DNA of 64,000 nt from Microbotryum violaceum. Lineage: Eukaryota. The DNA lies in assembly GCA_001244265.2 (NCBI GenBank), contig CDLV01000012.1:558001-622000 (forward strand). The letters run 5' to 3'. The translations under genes and the position numbers were made by a program. Below are positions 25,104 through 36,447 of this stretch, piece after piece. Every line of letters starts with the position of its first letter. Position 1 is the stretch's first letter. The notes under the pieces are model-generated. The model was not told where the DNA came from. It ran no database searches and was given only the letters and a program-made list of their open reading frames with translations.

Positions 25104-27416
25104 TATTGATCATATATAGTTGCAGTCTTTCGCCCAGTTGCTACTTGCAATAGTAAAGAGATCAATGATGCGTTCATTTCGCTAGTAGTTCTACACGTTA
25201 TACGACGCTTTGCCAGGAAGCCGCAACAAGAGCGATCAGACATCCAAGACCCGGCATCGCTAAATCGCTCGATCTTGCGGTGGCTCGCCTAATGTTGCTC
25301 GAGTAAAGCTGGCAGCCGGAGCCCAACACGACCGGTAAGATTTAGAGGAAGAGCGCGCTACACTGAGGGAGTGAACACAAGCGTCCATTGCATCTTTGCT
25401 GCGCTGACTGCGCTGAGATCTCCAACATGTAGACCGCGCTCCCTGCCAGTCAGTCACATGCGCAGTCCGTGTCGTGCGTTGGGTTACACTTCCCAAGCAG
25501 GGATTGCAAAAGTACTTATTATACTCCAACACTGCCGACTACATTTTGATGTTTACTTGAACGAAGTCCTGATCCGGCTCACAGTCCCAACGTCGTACAC
25601 AGGTCTTCTGTTGTGTTGCCACGGCCACTCCGAGCCTCACACTCGACCAGGTCCGTTGAGTGTTTGCCTCGGCACTTGGTTGATGACTTTTCAGACGCGA
25701 GGAACAGAAGTTGATCACCCCTAACATAACAGTCTTTTTCGGTATGATAATATGAATTATCCCTTTCGGCCCTAAAGCAGGGGGCTGGAGAAGCGTCCCA
25801 TCTGGTAAGGTGAGGGATTTTCGTTGGGAGGTGAGGACCGATAATAGGGAGAGAGGGTTACGAATCCCTTGAGTGGTTATTGGTGGCGCGTTAATAAACT
25901 CTTTGCTAAGTTGCTAAGAGCCAGCGTACTGCTTTGTCACAATTCCTTCCTGCGCAGTTCACACACTCACTGTAATCTCGACGCGAAGTACGTCGTCACG
26001 GGCGCTTGCGTTTCAACAGTCGAACTGCAGCAAGTCATAGTCACCCATGCCCAAAGTAATGCGCTGTATATGACTGAACGAAGCCACGAGCGAGTCAGAC
26101 TCACCTTGATACACCCCTTTCTCTGTCGTTGCTCTACGTTTTCTCATCGCATTGCGGCTCGAGAGTTCTGCACGCTATTGTGGCCTGGGCCTCCTTCTAG
26201 TATCGACCGACCGACTGCCCCGCCGTGGTTTTCGGCGATGGCAGGTCATATAGTCTTTTGTGACACCAATCAAGGTTCAAACCCAAGGCGGACAACACGT
26301 CATGTTGGAGTCAGACTGAAAGTACCCAAACCGGGAGGGCGTTTTCAAAGTTCTTTTCGACGGGACATACCGTCTTGTCATCATTGTGATGGTCATCTTC
26401 TTGGTCTTCAGTTGGGGTCTTCAGCTGGGTCTTATAGTTACGACGATGGGTGAATTCAGGATGGGACATGGAAGGAGAGGTCGAGCTGTCGTCTGACCCC
26501 TGTATTGCAGTCCCACCGAATGACCTCACAGTCATCCACCGTCCGATTTTGCGGCGCGCAGGCAGTTAAGGGTTATGCAGTGGCAACCGGTCCGACCTGA
26601 AGGTGAAGTCAGATTGTATCTAAGGGAAGAAGACAATGGTAGGCCAAAAAGTCAAACAGACTTATGCAACGAGACACGGTCAATGGTACGGCGCCTTCAG
26701 ACGAAGCATGGATACAAGGATATGAGGAATGATTAGGAGGGATCGGTTCCAAAGTGTGTTTGAAACGAGAGGAGCAAGAAACGGCGATGAGGTTGAAGTT
26801 GGAAAAGGTGTATGGCCATTTGGTTGTACATCACAACTTCAGAAGAAGAAGAAGGAGAAAGAGGAGATGCGTCGGCCCGAGAGCCATTCTAATTTCGTTG
26901 ACCCAAAGGTAAATAGATGCGCAGAGATGTCGCCTTGCCTGGATGCGAGCGCCACACCGTTGTGCTGCGACCCATGCGGTGCGCCCCGATTCCCTGTAGG
27001 ACAAAGGGGCGGAACGATTGGTTGTGAAGGAAGACTCCAGCGTAATCTCTGGAGGGGGGCCGTAGATGAACGGGATGCCGGCGCCCGGAGCACACAGGGG
27101 CCCCGGGCGCTGGGAGGGGGGAGGGTGGGCGGGGGGGGGGGGTCGAGTATGCCCAGTGATCTTGGCTGAGCCTGACAGAATGAGCATTTTGATCATATCC
27201 TGTTAAGATTAATTGCCACAATCAAGATGGCAGCTGAGACGCTGTATGCGTGCATGACAATCATCTGAAACTAAACTCAAGGATCTACACTGAAAGACGC
27301 GTCACAAACCACAGAGACATAACAAATATCGGTCATCTTGCAGCCGATTCAGAGCATAATATGCCCAAAGAAAGACACAAGAACGGTCTCAATCCATCAA
27401 CGATGTTTTGCTTCAT

Positions 27417-29445
27417 TCATCCTCCGGTCTCCTCCGCCACCCCCTCGGTATTTCTTTCTCTATCTTCTTCTCCGCTTTTTTCTCTGCCGCGTACCTCTCC
27501 GCCTTCGTCCCCGGCTCCACCAAATCTTGGGCTCAGGGGTCCTTCTCCGCCATTCGAGTCATCGTCGCTTGCCTCTGCCTCCGTGTTGTCGTTCGGGTCC
27601 ACCGAGGGTACGATAGCGAGGTGGCCGTGACGGAGGTCGTCAATGATAGCCTTGAGCTGAGCAACGGTTTGCTTGGGCGATGTCTCTGCACTATGATGCA
27701 GAGCCATTTCGTATCTACTCTTCGTTCCGGGCTTGATCCGCAATTTGACACCCAGTGCCTTCAAGCCCTGGGTAGACCATATCATCTTCTTCTGAGGTGT
27801 GAAATCGCCTGTCGATGATCCCGTGTCGGAACGGCGATGTATAGTCTCGAGAGCAGAGTCTGTAAAGACGGAAATGATTAGCACGGAGTCGAGCCCGATC
27901 AGATGCAGACTACTTACTGAGTTGGGCGCGGAACAGAGTGCCGTGCCATTTGCCAAGAACGCCACGAGTAGCACTGTCCATCGAGCGAGTTTTTGCTGAT
28001 AGATGAGACGAAAACATATGTCACATAATTGGTAACGGTAACTTGGTCTCATGCACGTATAACTTGCGATGAAAGGCTCACCCTCTTTCAGATCTGCCGC
28101 TTCATTGGCCTTGAGTGTCTCATCCCAGCTCATCTTGGAAGCAAAATTAGACAACAAGGAATTGCCAGATGGATCCTTGAAGTCGTTGCAGTGAGCCGCA
28201 AATCTGAGCCCACCTATCGAATGCACGGTCGCCTTCGTCGCTGGCGACACGTCGTCTTGATAACGAGGGACAATAAAGGCCAGGGTTTCCACTCCGTACA
28301 GCTTGGACATGCGTTGCGCCAGGTCTTGCAATTCTGCAATGTACTTTTTGCATTGCTCCATCCGAGTTGGGGAAGGAACGTCGGATGGCGACCGTGTGAT
28401 GATGGTGGGTGGTACGATCGAAGTGAAAGTCGTATTATTTCCCGCCTCTGCCACTGCAAAAGCCGCGCGAACAAGCTCTTCATCGTCCTCGCCAATTTGG
28501 GCAGATCCGAGGTCCCCCTGGTCTCTCAGGAAGTTCCAGAGTTGAGCGGCAAGTTTGGTGATGGATTGCGCTTTCGACTGATCCAATTCTGAGCACGTTT
28601 GACACACCCAGGGTATGTAAGAACAGACATTGCGGACGCAGCGGTAAGCATAAGCGAGAGCGTAGGAGAGTGGAGTGGGCATGACCGGAAGCGCCCGGAG
28701 GACCGACTCACCCTTGCTTGCTCGCTGGTGTAAAACCTTGATTACAGGGTCCGAGAGAAATCTAGACCACGCATTGCCCTTCGAAGCGAGCCTGTTGAAC
28801 TTTTTGACGGCCTGAACGAGCCTTGCATGGGATATGCCGAGTTTCGCGGCCATCTTGAGCTCCGAGTAATATCTTCGAGCGGCCCAGCGCTTCAGCGAGG
28901 TCCACTTTCTTTGACTCATACGACCGGTCGCGTTCCGATGCGAGCCATGTATGGCCGTCCAGAGCCTGATAGCTCTTCGATGGTCGATCGCGATATCTTC
29001 AAACTCGCTCTCACTGTGACTGTGACTGTCACTTTCACTGTCACTGTCGTCAGCCGAGGATTGACTGGAATCGCCCAAATTGGGCTCGTCAGAGTCGGAG
29101 TCGGACGAAGGGGTTTGGGGCACGGGCATGCGCCGCTTTCTCTTCCGAGTCGGGCGTCGAGGCGGTTCATCCAGAACTGTACTGGCTTGTGTGGAGGCTC
29201 GACGGCTTTGATCGTCCCTCCGACCTGCAAGAGGTGTGAGAGAACTGAGAATTCTTCAGCTGTCCGTCAGGATTGAGTAGATAGAAGGATGAGGTTGATG
29301 ACTGGCACTCTGCTCTCAGCCCTGCTACAAGGGATCTCAGTTGGCACACCAGACAAGAGCACTCACTCGGATGAGCGCCAAAGGAAATAGACTCTGCTGG
29401 AGAACCTTCCCTAGATCCCACGCGTATGTCTGACGGTCGCGTCAT
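27417..29445 (-). CDS. Transposon cargo protein: basic NLS-like segment, acidic tract and HMG-box-like helical region
   Basis: Open 570-codon frame 27417-29129 with in-frame introns (e.g. GT..AG 28711-28589). The frame extends upstream through RKRKRR, with a probable first exon from ATG 29445. Spliced segment NAWSRFL...SITKLAAQLWNFL resembles an HMG box. Confidence 0.65.
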
Positions 29446-30133
29446 GGTGGAGCAACACAATTAGGCCCATGAGGAGGGAGATGTGAGGCGGGGAAACGCG
29501 TCCACATACCTCCAGACGGCAATAGCATCGATATTTGTTCAACAGGCGCGGGGAGGTTTCAATGTATGGAGATGCGGGGCGTGGCGTGGGTCAAGGGTGC
29601 GCGTTGTCGCGTTGACGTGAGTGCGCAGAGGTCAAAGTGTTAACGCAGAGCGCTCGCCAATCTGAGCTCCGCGTGCGGCCGCACAGCCCCGCCTCAATTT
29701 TGCCTCTTCAATGACTCTCTAGGCATTGATGCAGGACTGATTGGCGCTGGACCCAAGTCGATCGTCCGAAGGGGCTTCACTAGATATCCGTTTTATATAA
29801 AAAGGTGCACACCGTTCAGAATAAGCGTTTGTCTGCTCGAGGACCGATCCAGGATTTCAGGGACCACGACCGATCCCTCCCTCGGGCCCAATAGACGCGG
29901 TGTATACTCCCTCCGTCGAATATGAGAAAAGGTCTACACAGGATCTGTTGTACACATATCCGTTGATGGTATACCGAACTACACGAACTGAATGGATGGA
30001 CTGAGTACGACAAGCTGTATGACATTTATGACATAATTCGAACTTGCGACGGAGTCTTCGGAAAGTGTTATTCGTGATGATGGTGAGTCTTACACGAACT
30101 AGTGGCCCCTTATTACTTATGAGGTGCACTGCG

Positions 30134-30272
30134 CCGGGGTGGGATGGGGAGGGGAGGGCATTGGTGCACCCGACCTGTACCAACCTCCAACCGGGCCAAA
30201 AAACAAAAAAGCTGCCTTAACTCGCCCGCGCGGGGAAGCTCATTTGGCTGGGTTAACGGACCTGCCGATCTG
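30134..30272 (-). repeat. Right imperfect TIR of the KDZ element
   Basis: Reverse complement reads CAGATCGGCAGGTC...CCCCGCGCGGGCGAGTTAAGGCAGCTTTTTT...TTTGGCCC...GTTGGTACAGGTCGGGTGCACCAATGCCCT...CCCCGG. Confidence 0.88.
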
Positions 30273-30406
30273 AGAGCGAGACAGGCCAAAGACAGGCGCG
30301 TCGCCGCTCAGCTCAATCAGGCCTCAGCATCCTCCCACCGCCTACTCGTCACCGAACCACTTCATCTTCATCGTCCCCTCCCCTCCCCTCTCCTCGCCTC
30401 CCGATC

Positions 30407-31418
30407 ATGCCACCCGAAAAGCCCGCACCCGCACCAGCTGCCGAGGCCTCGACGTCGTCCAATGGCCCGCGAATTCCCGCCGGCACGACCATGTTGCCCA
30501 TCTCCAAAGTCCACAAGATCATCAAAGCAGAGTCAGTAATAGAGCGTTCTGAACTGTTCTCTGTGCTCGCAATGGGATGACTGATGGAACGAATTTCTCT
30601 CCTTGAAAACCCATCTTCTACCGCTTCCGGCGCGTCAATGTGACCTGTTCGTCTATGCGACGCGTCGAGCATCCTTCATGAACCGCTACCATGTCGCTTG
30701 GCTCATCAAAAATGTATTCGAATTGGACTCGTGCATTACTTTGTGGCCCTCAACAGCAAGGACGTACGACTTTGCTCCAAAGAGGCCATATTCCTCATTT
30801 CCAAAACGACCGTCAGTCAAAGTACTCATCGCTAGGAAGGGAAAAACCTACACCAGGACCACTCCAGCCAAACATTCTTCACCCTTTGCTCTCTTAGGAA
30901 TACATGCTGGGTAAAGTCACACAGCAATCGTACGCCCAAGCGAGGTCGCAGAAACGCGCCAAGACGGTCAAATACCAAGATCTCGGTTCGTTCCTTTCCC
31001 CATCAAATTCGTAACTTCCTCTATCCTCCGGACCACATTCCCAACTCATTTTTTTTTCTTATGTTCCTTCCGGCTTCTACTCCTACTTCCCTTCATCGTA
31101 TAATCAACCCGGGCTTCGACAGCGACCGTAGCCCAACGTCCCGAATTCTTCTACCTCTCCGACGTCGTGCCCCACACTTTACCCCTCAACAAAGCCTTGG
31201 CGATCCGACAAAAGATGCAAGAGGCTGCCGAAGGGGAAGGCGAGGAGGAAATTGACCCTGATACCGTATTGGGAGGGGAGAAGGCTGAGGATGATGGGGG
31301 AGAACACGTTCCGGAGGATGGAGAGGGGGAAAATGGAGCGGCGAGTAGTCCGAATGTGGTTGAGGAGGAGGAGGAAGAAGGGTCAGAAGATGGCGCGGGT
31401 ATGGATGTGGATCGATGA
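30407..31418 (+). CDS. Histone-fold protein (Dpb3/POLE4/CHRAC1-like) with acidic tail
   Basis: LPISKVHKIIKA, CSKEAIFLISKTT, EYMLGKVTQQSYAQA...KTVKYQDL and PEFFYLSDVVP across GT-AG introns. Confidence 0.85.
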
Positions 31419-31668
31419 TTTAATGTTTGTAAACGTATGTTGAACTACCGCTTAAAGGAACAGAAAGACAGGCATAGGTTCTTGGTCGGGGGAAGCACCA
31501 GTAAGGAGCAACCGCCAGGAGCGATGTCCCACTCTCGTGGCACTCTCACTGCTCCTACATCCATTGATGGATTCAATCCAATTCTCAATTGCAGGTGTAC
31601 ATAGAAGGGTCAATCAGGTCATCGCAAAGCAGAGTGACTCCGAACCGAGCCCCCCACCTTGGGCTCTT

Positions 31669-33675
31669 TTACTTGGCACGTTGACCGTAAGCCTTGGTCT
31701 GGTATTGTCCATCGGCAACGATCACGTCCGAAGGGGTCTGCGCCTTGCCCGTTCGCCAGTTTTCCAAGATCTTCTTCGTTCCCGAAGCGTACCTAGACGA
31801 CGAGGATCAGGAAACGGGTGGACAGGTCAATGATCCGGACGAGATGTGGAGATGGTTTGCGCAGCACTCACCTCTCCTGGGCATCGAGCGTTGTTCCGGA
31901 GTAATGAGCGACCCTGTGAGGGCAACATTTCTACTAATCAGTTTCCAATCCCTAATTTACCACTCGAGTCGTACACGCGTCCTCGCGCTTACATTCCATT
32001 CCCGTTCCCACTGGGACCCTTCATCGTGCGCCAGGGGTGATCCTTGGGCGCGGGTTGTTGGTTCCACACGTCACCAGCGTAGCCGGCGATGTGACCACTC
32101 TCGAGCGCCTCGGCAATGTCTTCGGCTACGCAGAGAGCTCCACGGGCCTATGAGAGTAGCTCAATAGGAGATGATGTGTGAGCGGTTGTAGTCGTGGTGC
32201 GTCAGTTGGAAGACGAGAAGCCATCGACTCACAGTGTTGACGATCCATGCGCCCTTCTTGAGGTAGGACAAAGTCTCCTTGCTGTGGGAGGTATATGGAA
32301 ATCAGCTCATGAAAGGCGAGAAAGTGTGTGCTACACGTCGACGATGACCCACTTGATGATCCCACGCGTCGATTCGTGCAAGGGGCAGTTGACGGTCAAG
32401 ATGTCGACCTGGCCCAAGAACTCCTTGAGGTCCTCGACGCGACGAGCGTTGACCTTCTTGGCCGCATCCTCGGGCAAGGCCTGGTAATCGTAGTAAATCA
32501 ATTCCTTGGGGTCGAAAGCGACGAGACGTTCCAAGACGCGGTAACCGATACGACCTGCGCCCAGGGTACCGATGACCTTGTTCTCGAGATCGTAGGCGTT
32601 CTTGGCGATGGCGGCGACGTTCCAATCACCGGCCATGATTTGTTCGTGCGCGGGGACAAAGTTGCGCACGAGCAAGAGGATGGACATGACCACGTGTTCG
32701 GCGACCGAGACGACGTTGGAACCGGTCACTTCGAGCACAGAGATTTTGCGCTCGTTGGCGGCGTTGAGGTCGATGTGGTCCGAACCGACACCAGCAGTCA
32801 CGCAGAGCTGTGCGTATCATCAGATGATAACCCCATAAGAATCAGATTTCCATCCCTCGAGCTTCATGGATCGCTGTATCACACACACCTTGAGGTTCTT
32901 GGCCGTCTTGATGAGATCGGCGGTGAGGTATCCCGGGTGGAAAGGGGTCGTGCTGTCCGAAAATGATGGAAGATCAGCCCCTGTCACGCTTCGAACTGAT
33001 GCATGAAGCAACTCGGGGTCTTACATCAGGACATCGGCATCCTTGAGATGCTTTTGGAAATCACTGTCGGCTCCCTCCTGTTAACATCCGAAACGAAACA
33101 CGACCGACAGATGGTCAGCCAAGCTAGCCCGAAGAAAGAAGATCGCCTCCTCCCCCATCTTCGCTAGAAGCGCGTCAAATGATGACCCCCACGAAACGAC
33201 GGAAATGAACAGCAGGTACCTTGGAAGAAGAGATAACGTATTCCCACCCTTGTTCCTTGCAGTAGTCTCGAAGTCCGAGGGCGTTCTCGGTCGTGCCGAG
33301 AAGTCGGGGTTGTTCCCTGGATCAGGCGAGGGTAGGTAGGGACGCGATTCGCGGCAAAAGAGTCGATCCGATGTAGGGAAGCGGGATCGGGAGTGTGGCG
33401 TAGCGTGGTTCGGAGTAGGGGGTTATGTCATGTCAGGGACTGCATCTCAAGGATGCAAAGACAGACAGTACTTGTGAAGACTCACCTGGCGTGCTCGCCA
33501 CCGTCGTAGAGGATTGCCAAGACCTGTTACAGCGAGCATTGGTGAGAGGAAGGAAAAAGTTGCAACGTGGTCATATGGGGCGATCGAATGCGAGCGAGCG
33601 AGGTGGGGCGGCGGCAGTCAGCGGATTCAGCCACAGACGGGATGGGTAGTAAGCACTGTATCGTACCTTGACCAT
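31669..33675 (-). CDS. FDH1: NAD-dependent formate dehydrogenase
   Basis: [64 protein letters not shown] and C-terminus TKAYGQRAK*. Confidence 0.96.
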
Positions 33676-34152
33676 TGTGTTGAGATGATTCGAAATTGAA
33701 GTATGACTCGAAAGACGAGATCAGATGTAGAACAGGAGAAGCAGAAGAGAACAGGCTGAGCTGACGACCCAGTAGTCGGGAGGTGACGACATCTAGCTCG
33801 GGTTCGGTACTTTCTCGGGCAGCACCGAGCCCGCAGTTTAGGGCGCCGACGGTTGGCCTTCCTCTCTTCGGTGCGTCATAGACCAGCACCGAGAGGTGGG
33901 GTAAATCCCTCTCTCCGGCTTACCACGACTCAAAACACCTCGCAGATTACACGCTATTTTTGCCCTTGACGAAAGCCCCTTTCTCTCTCTCTTAATCACG
34001 GCGGCGCCCCGCAAAAATGAGGTTCGGACGAGTTGGCCCGAGAAAAGTTCCCCACCCTCCAACAGGATCCGGCTATTACTGAAGCCCCGACTAGCCCCGA
34101 CTAGCCCCTAAATGCCGAGATCTCGGGGGGCACCTTCGTCAAAGATGCCTAA

Positions 34153-34274
34153 AGCCGCGGATGGTCCGTGCGCGCAGCCGCGGGTGGTCCGTGCGCGCAG
34201 CCGCGGGTGGTCCGTGCGCGCAGCCGCGGGTGGTCCGTGCGCGCAGCCGCGGGTGGTCCGTGCGCGCAGCCGCG
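34153..34274. repeat. GC-rich minisatellite, 23-bp unit AGCCGCGGGTGGTCCGTGCGCGC, about 5.3 copies
   Basis: Read directly; only the first copy carries a G>A substitution. Confidence 0.97.
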
Positions 34275-34798
34275 CGGAGGAGTTCAGGAGACACCACTGT
34301 TTGAGAGCATCGATCTGTTGACCCTTCAAACATTAAGTCAAATCTAACAACAGGCTTCATGTAAGACTACTGGGGCATCCACTGCCATGACTCGGTCACC
34401 TTGAAACAGTCAGGAATTTATTGAGGCCGAGGGATCCGAACAGGGCTTCTTCGGGGATCCGCCTTTACAAAGTCTTCTCGTCGATCCGATGACGATAACT
34501 TGAGAGGCTTAAGACAAAGAATGAATCAAAGCGAATCTTGTCCCTGACGAATCAACCTAGAGTAACATTTTCCCCGACCCCATACGGGGACTCGCAGCAC
34601 CACCGACTCGCAGCACCTCCAAACTTAGGCTTTGTGACCGAAACTCACTCGGTGCGCAGTCCGGCCTGCGCAGTCACGTGACTCGGTCTTCCACCTCTCC
34701 TTCTCACCATGCCCTCACATGTCTCAGCCGCAGTCTCATAGGTACAAGTTTTCTGGATTTTCACGTACAAGCCCTTTTTCGACCACCCGGTGATTCCA

Positions 34799-36034
34799 TC
34801 AATGCCTCCTCGACCCACCTCGAGGTGGTGATCTCCCATAATCATCTCCGTCACCTCCTCCCCCGCCTGCGCCTCCGAACATCTCCATCTCCTTACGCCT
34901 CTCTTCCTCCTTGGGGTCCGGGTTCTCGATCCGTTCTTGCCTTTGCTCCCGTTGGAGTTCCCGTAAGAGTGATTTGGAAGGGTGTCGCAAATGCATAAAG
35001 TTGCAAAAACCGCCTGGGGAGAGGTGAGAAGGAAATGAGGTCAGCACTCGAGCCGCCCAAACGTGGCTCGGGGTCTTCTCTTTGCGCCGTATTTCTCACC
35101 TCGATCACAGTTGCCCAGATCGTTCTGCCGGCAACACGCCTCCCTAAAGTCGGTGACGGGACTGAGTTCGGCGACGAGTGGTCTACCGGCGTACCACCTC
35201 GTGTTGAGCGCCTCGACGGCGGCTTGGGCCTCATCCTCCCAGTCGAAGCGGGCGTAAACGTTTCCGATCAGGTGGTCGCCGACGTTGTCGCAGACGTGCA
35301 TCTCGAGCAGGTTGCCGTACTTGACGAACTCGCAGTAAACGTCCTCGTCTGGGGGAAGGCAGTGGATTGCGAAGGGAGGGGGATCGCGGACGATTCAGCA
35401 TACGTGCTCGCCTGCATGCAAGACGCCATCCAGGCCCAAGATGAACAATCGTCTGTACTCACAAAACTTGTCAAAGAAGTCCTGGAGCTGCTCCTCGCTC
35501 AGGTCGGATTTAGGGTTGGGGTCGAGGGGTGCTGAACCCGGGGGCCTGAGATGCGGGTTGCTCGACGAGCCTTGCGCGATGGCCGGGTTCTGATACATGT
35601 TGTAGACGACCATGGTCTGGGAGAATTGGGGCTTGATGTGTTTGCGCGAGCATCGTTCGCCGTGGCGGCATGCACCAATTTTGAGGTAGCTGGAAAGAGA
35701 GAGAGAGAGAGAGGTTGCGCACGAGTCAGCACATGACGGTGAGGAAGGGGAGCATAACCTCGTGGCTGTAGCTCACAATGAACAGTTTACTTTGTCCTGC
35801 TCTGATCCGTCTGTAGTGGCAAATGCGATGAGTCGGGGTCAAGCTTGGTCAGCGCGTGGACAAGGTGGTGGGTGGTGCAGAGAGCGGAGTGGCAGCACAA
35901 GGGGTGCTTGCTTACAGATGGATGCGAGATGGGAAGCACCTCCTCCTCGGTAGCTGACAAGATGAAACGAGAGACACAAGATCAGTGTCGATTCGTGATG
36001 GAAGCCGACAGATGGGCCTGAGGACGTACGACAT
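34799..36034 (-). CDS. U2AF1: Splicing factor U2AF small subunit
   Basis: ASHLASI, EQDKVNCS, KIGACRHGERCSRKH, VCDNVGDHLIGNVY, ELSPVTDFREACCRQ, GGFCNFMH and an Arg/Gly-rich tail. Confidence 0.96.
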
Positions 36035-36271
36035 GGTTGTCGAGCGAGTGGTTGAGGGTCGAAAGGACGTGTGGACGGGCAGCAGCAAGCGTTTCGTTTA
36101 CTGATTCGCGTAGTGGCGTTGCGGTCGAGCAGTCAAGTCGCTGTTCCTTTTCTGTGCGAATGTGGCCGGAGGAGAGGTGGTCGTTCGCGGTCAAGAGTCG
36201 AGGGCGTGCGAGGCGCCCGAGTCGACCTGACCCTGAATTGTGCTGACTTTGTGCGGCGACCGGGAACTAAT

Positions 36272-36301
36272 ATACCGCGAAATACCGCGAAATACCGCGA
36301 A
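36272..36301. promoter_or_regulatory. ATACCGCGAA x3 in the U2AF1/USE1 divergent promoter (contains SCB-like CGCGAAA)
   Basis: Perfect 10-bp tandem repeat between divergent start codons at 36034 and 36448; the regulatory role is inferred. Confidence 0.45.
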
Positions 36302-36447
36302 TTACAATTCGCGCGGGCGAGTCTAATAGCTCCCTTACCGCGCCGGCCAGCTCTCGGCTCCCGTTCGTTCCACCCCATTCCATCTCACCTCTTCGCGCGA
36401 GAATCCAGTTCACACCCGGATCATATACGCTGCTCGGTTACAGCACG

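Larger units (their letters stand above)
20669..30272 (+). mobile_element. Complete KDZ (Zisupton-related) DNA transposon, 9604 bp, with 8-bp TSD
   Basis: AGAGCGAG at 20661-20668 and 30273-30280 directly flanks CA...TG ends. Long imperfect inverted repeats enclose a KDZ transposase and a cargo gene. Confidence 0.9.

Noticed and set aside
26210-26300. tRNA suggested by GGTTCAAACCC
   Set aside because: No acceptor stem, D-arm or anticodon arm could be folded. The same applies to GGTTACGAATCCC at ~25857.
25032-26700. 14-bp direct repeat TACGGCGCCTTCAG at 25032 and 26687
   Set aside because: Several 14-mer matches are expected by chance in 64 kb, and no terminal structure accompanies it.
25110-29445. 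TET/JBP dioxygenase cargo, expected for some fungal KDZ elements
   Set aside because: No HxD...H...R beta-helix pattern recognised by eye; a profile search is needed to exclude it fully.
32328-32966. Long antisense ORFs over FDH1, the transporters, acetate kinase and DcpS
   Set aside because: Shadow frames produced by GC-rich codon bias of the real genes.
34153-34274. CRISPR-like array
   Set aside because: Head-to-tail repeats with no spacers, no cas genes, and a eukaryotic context.
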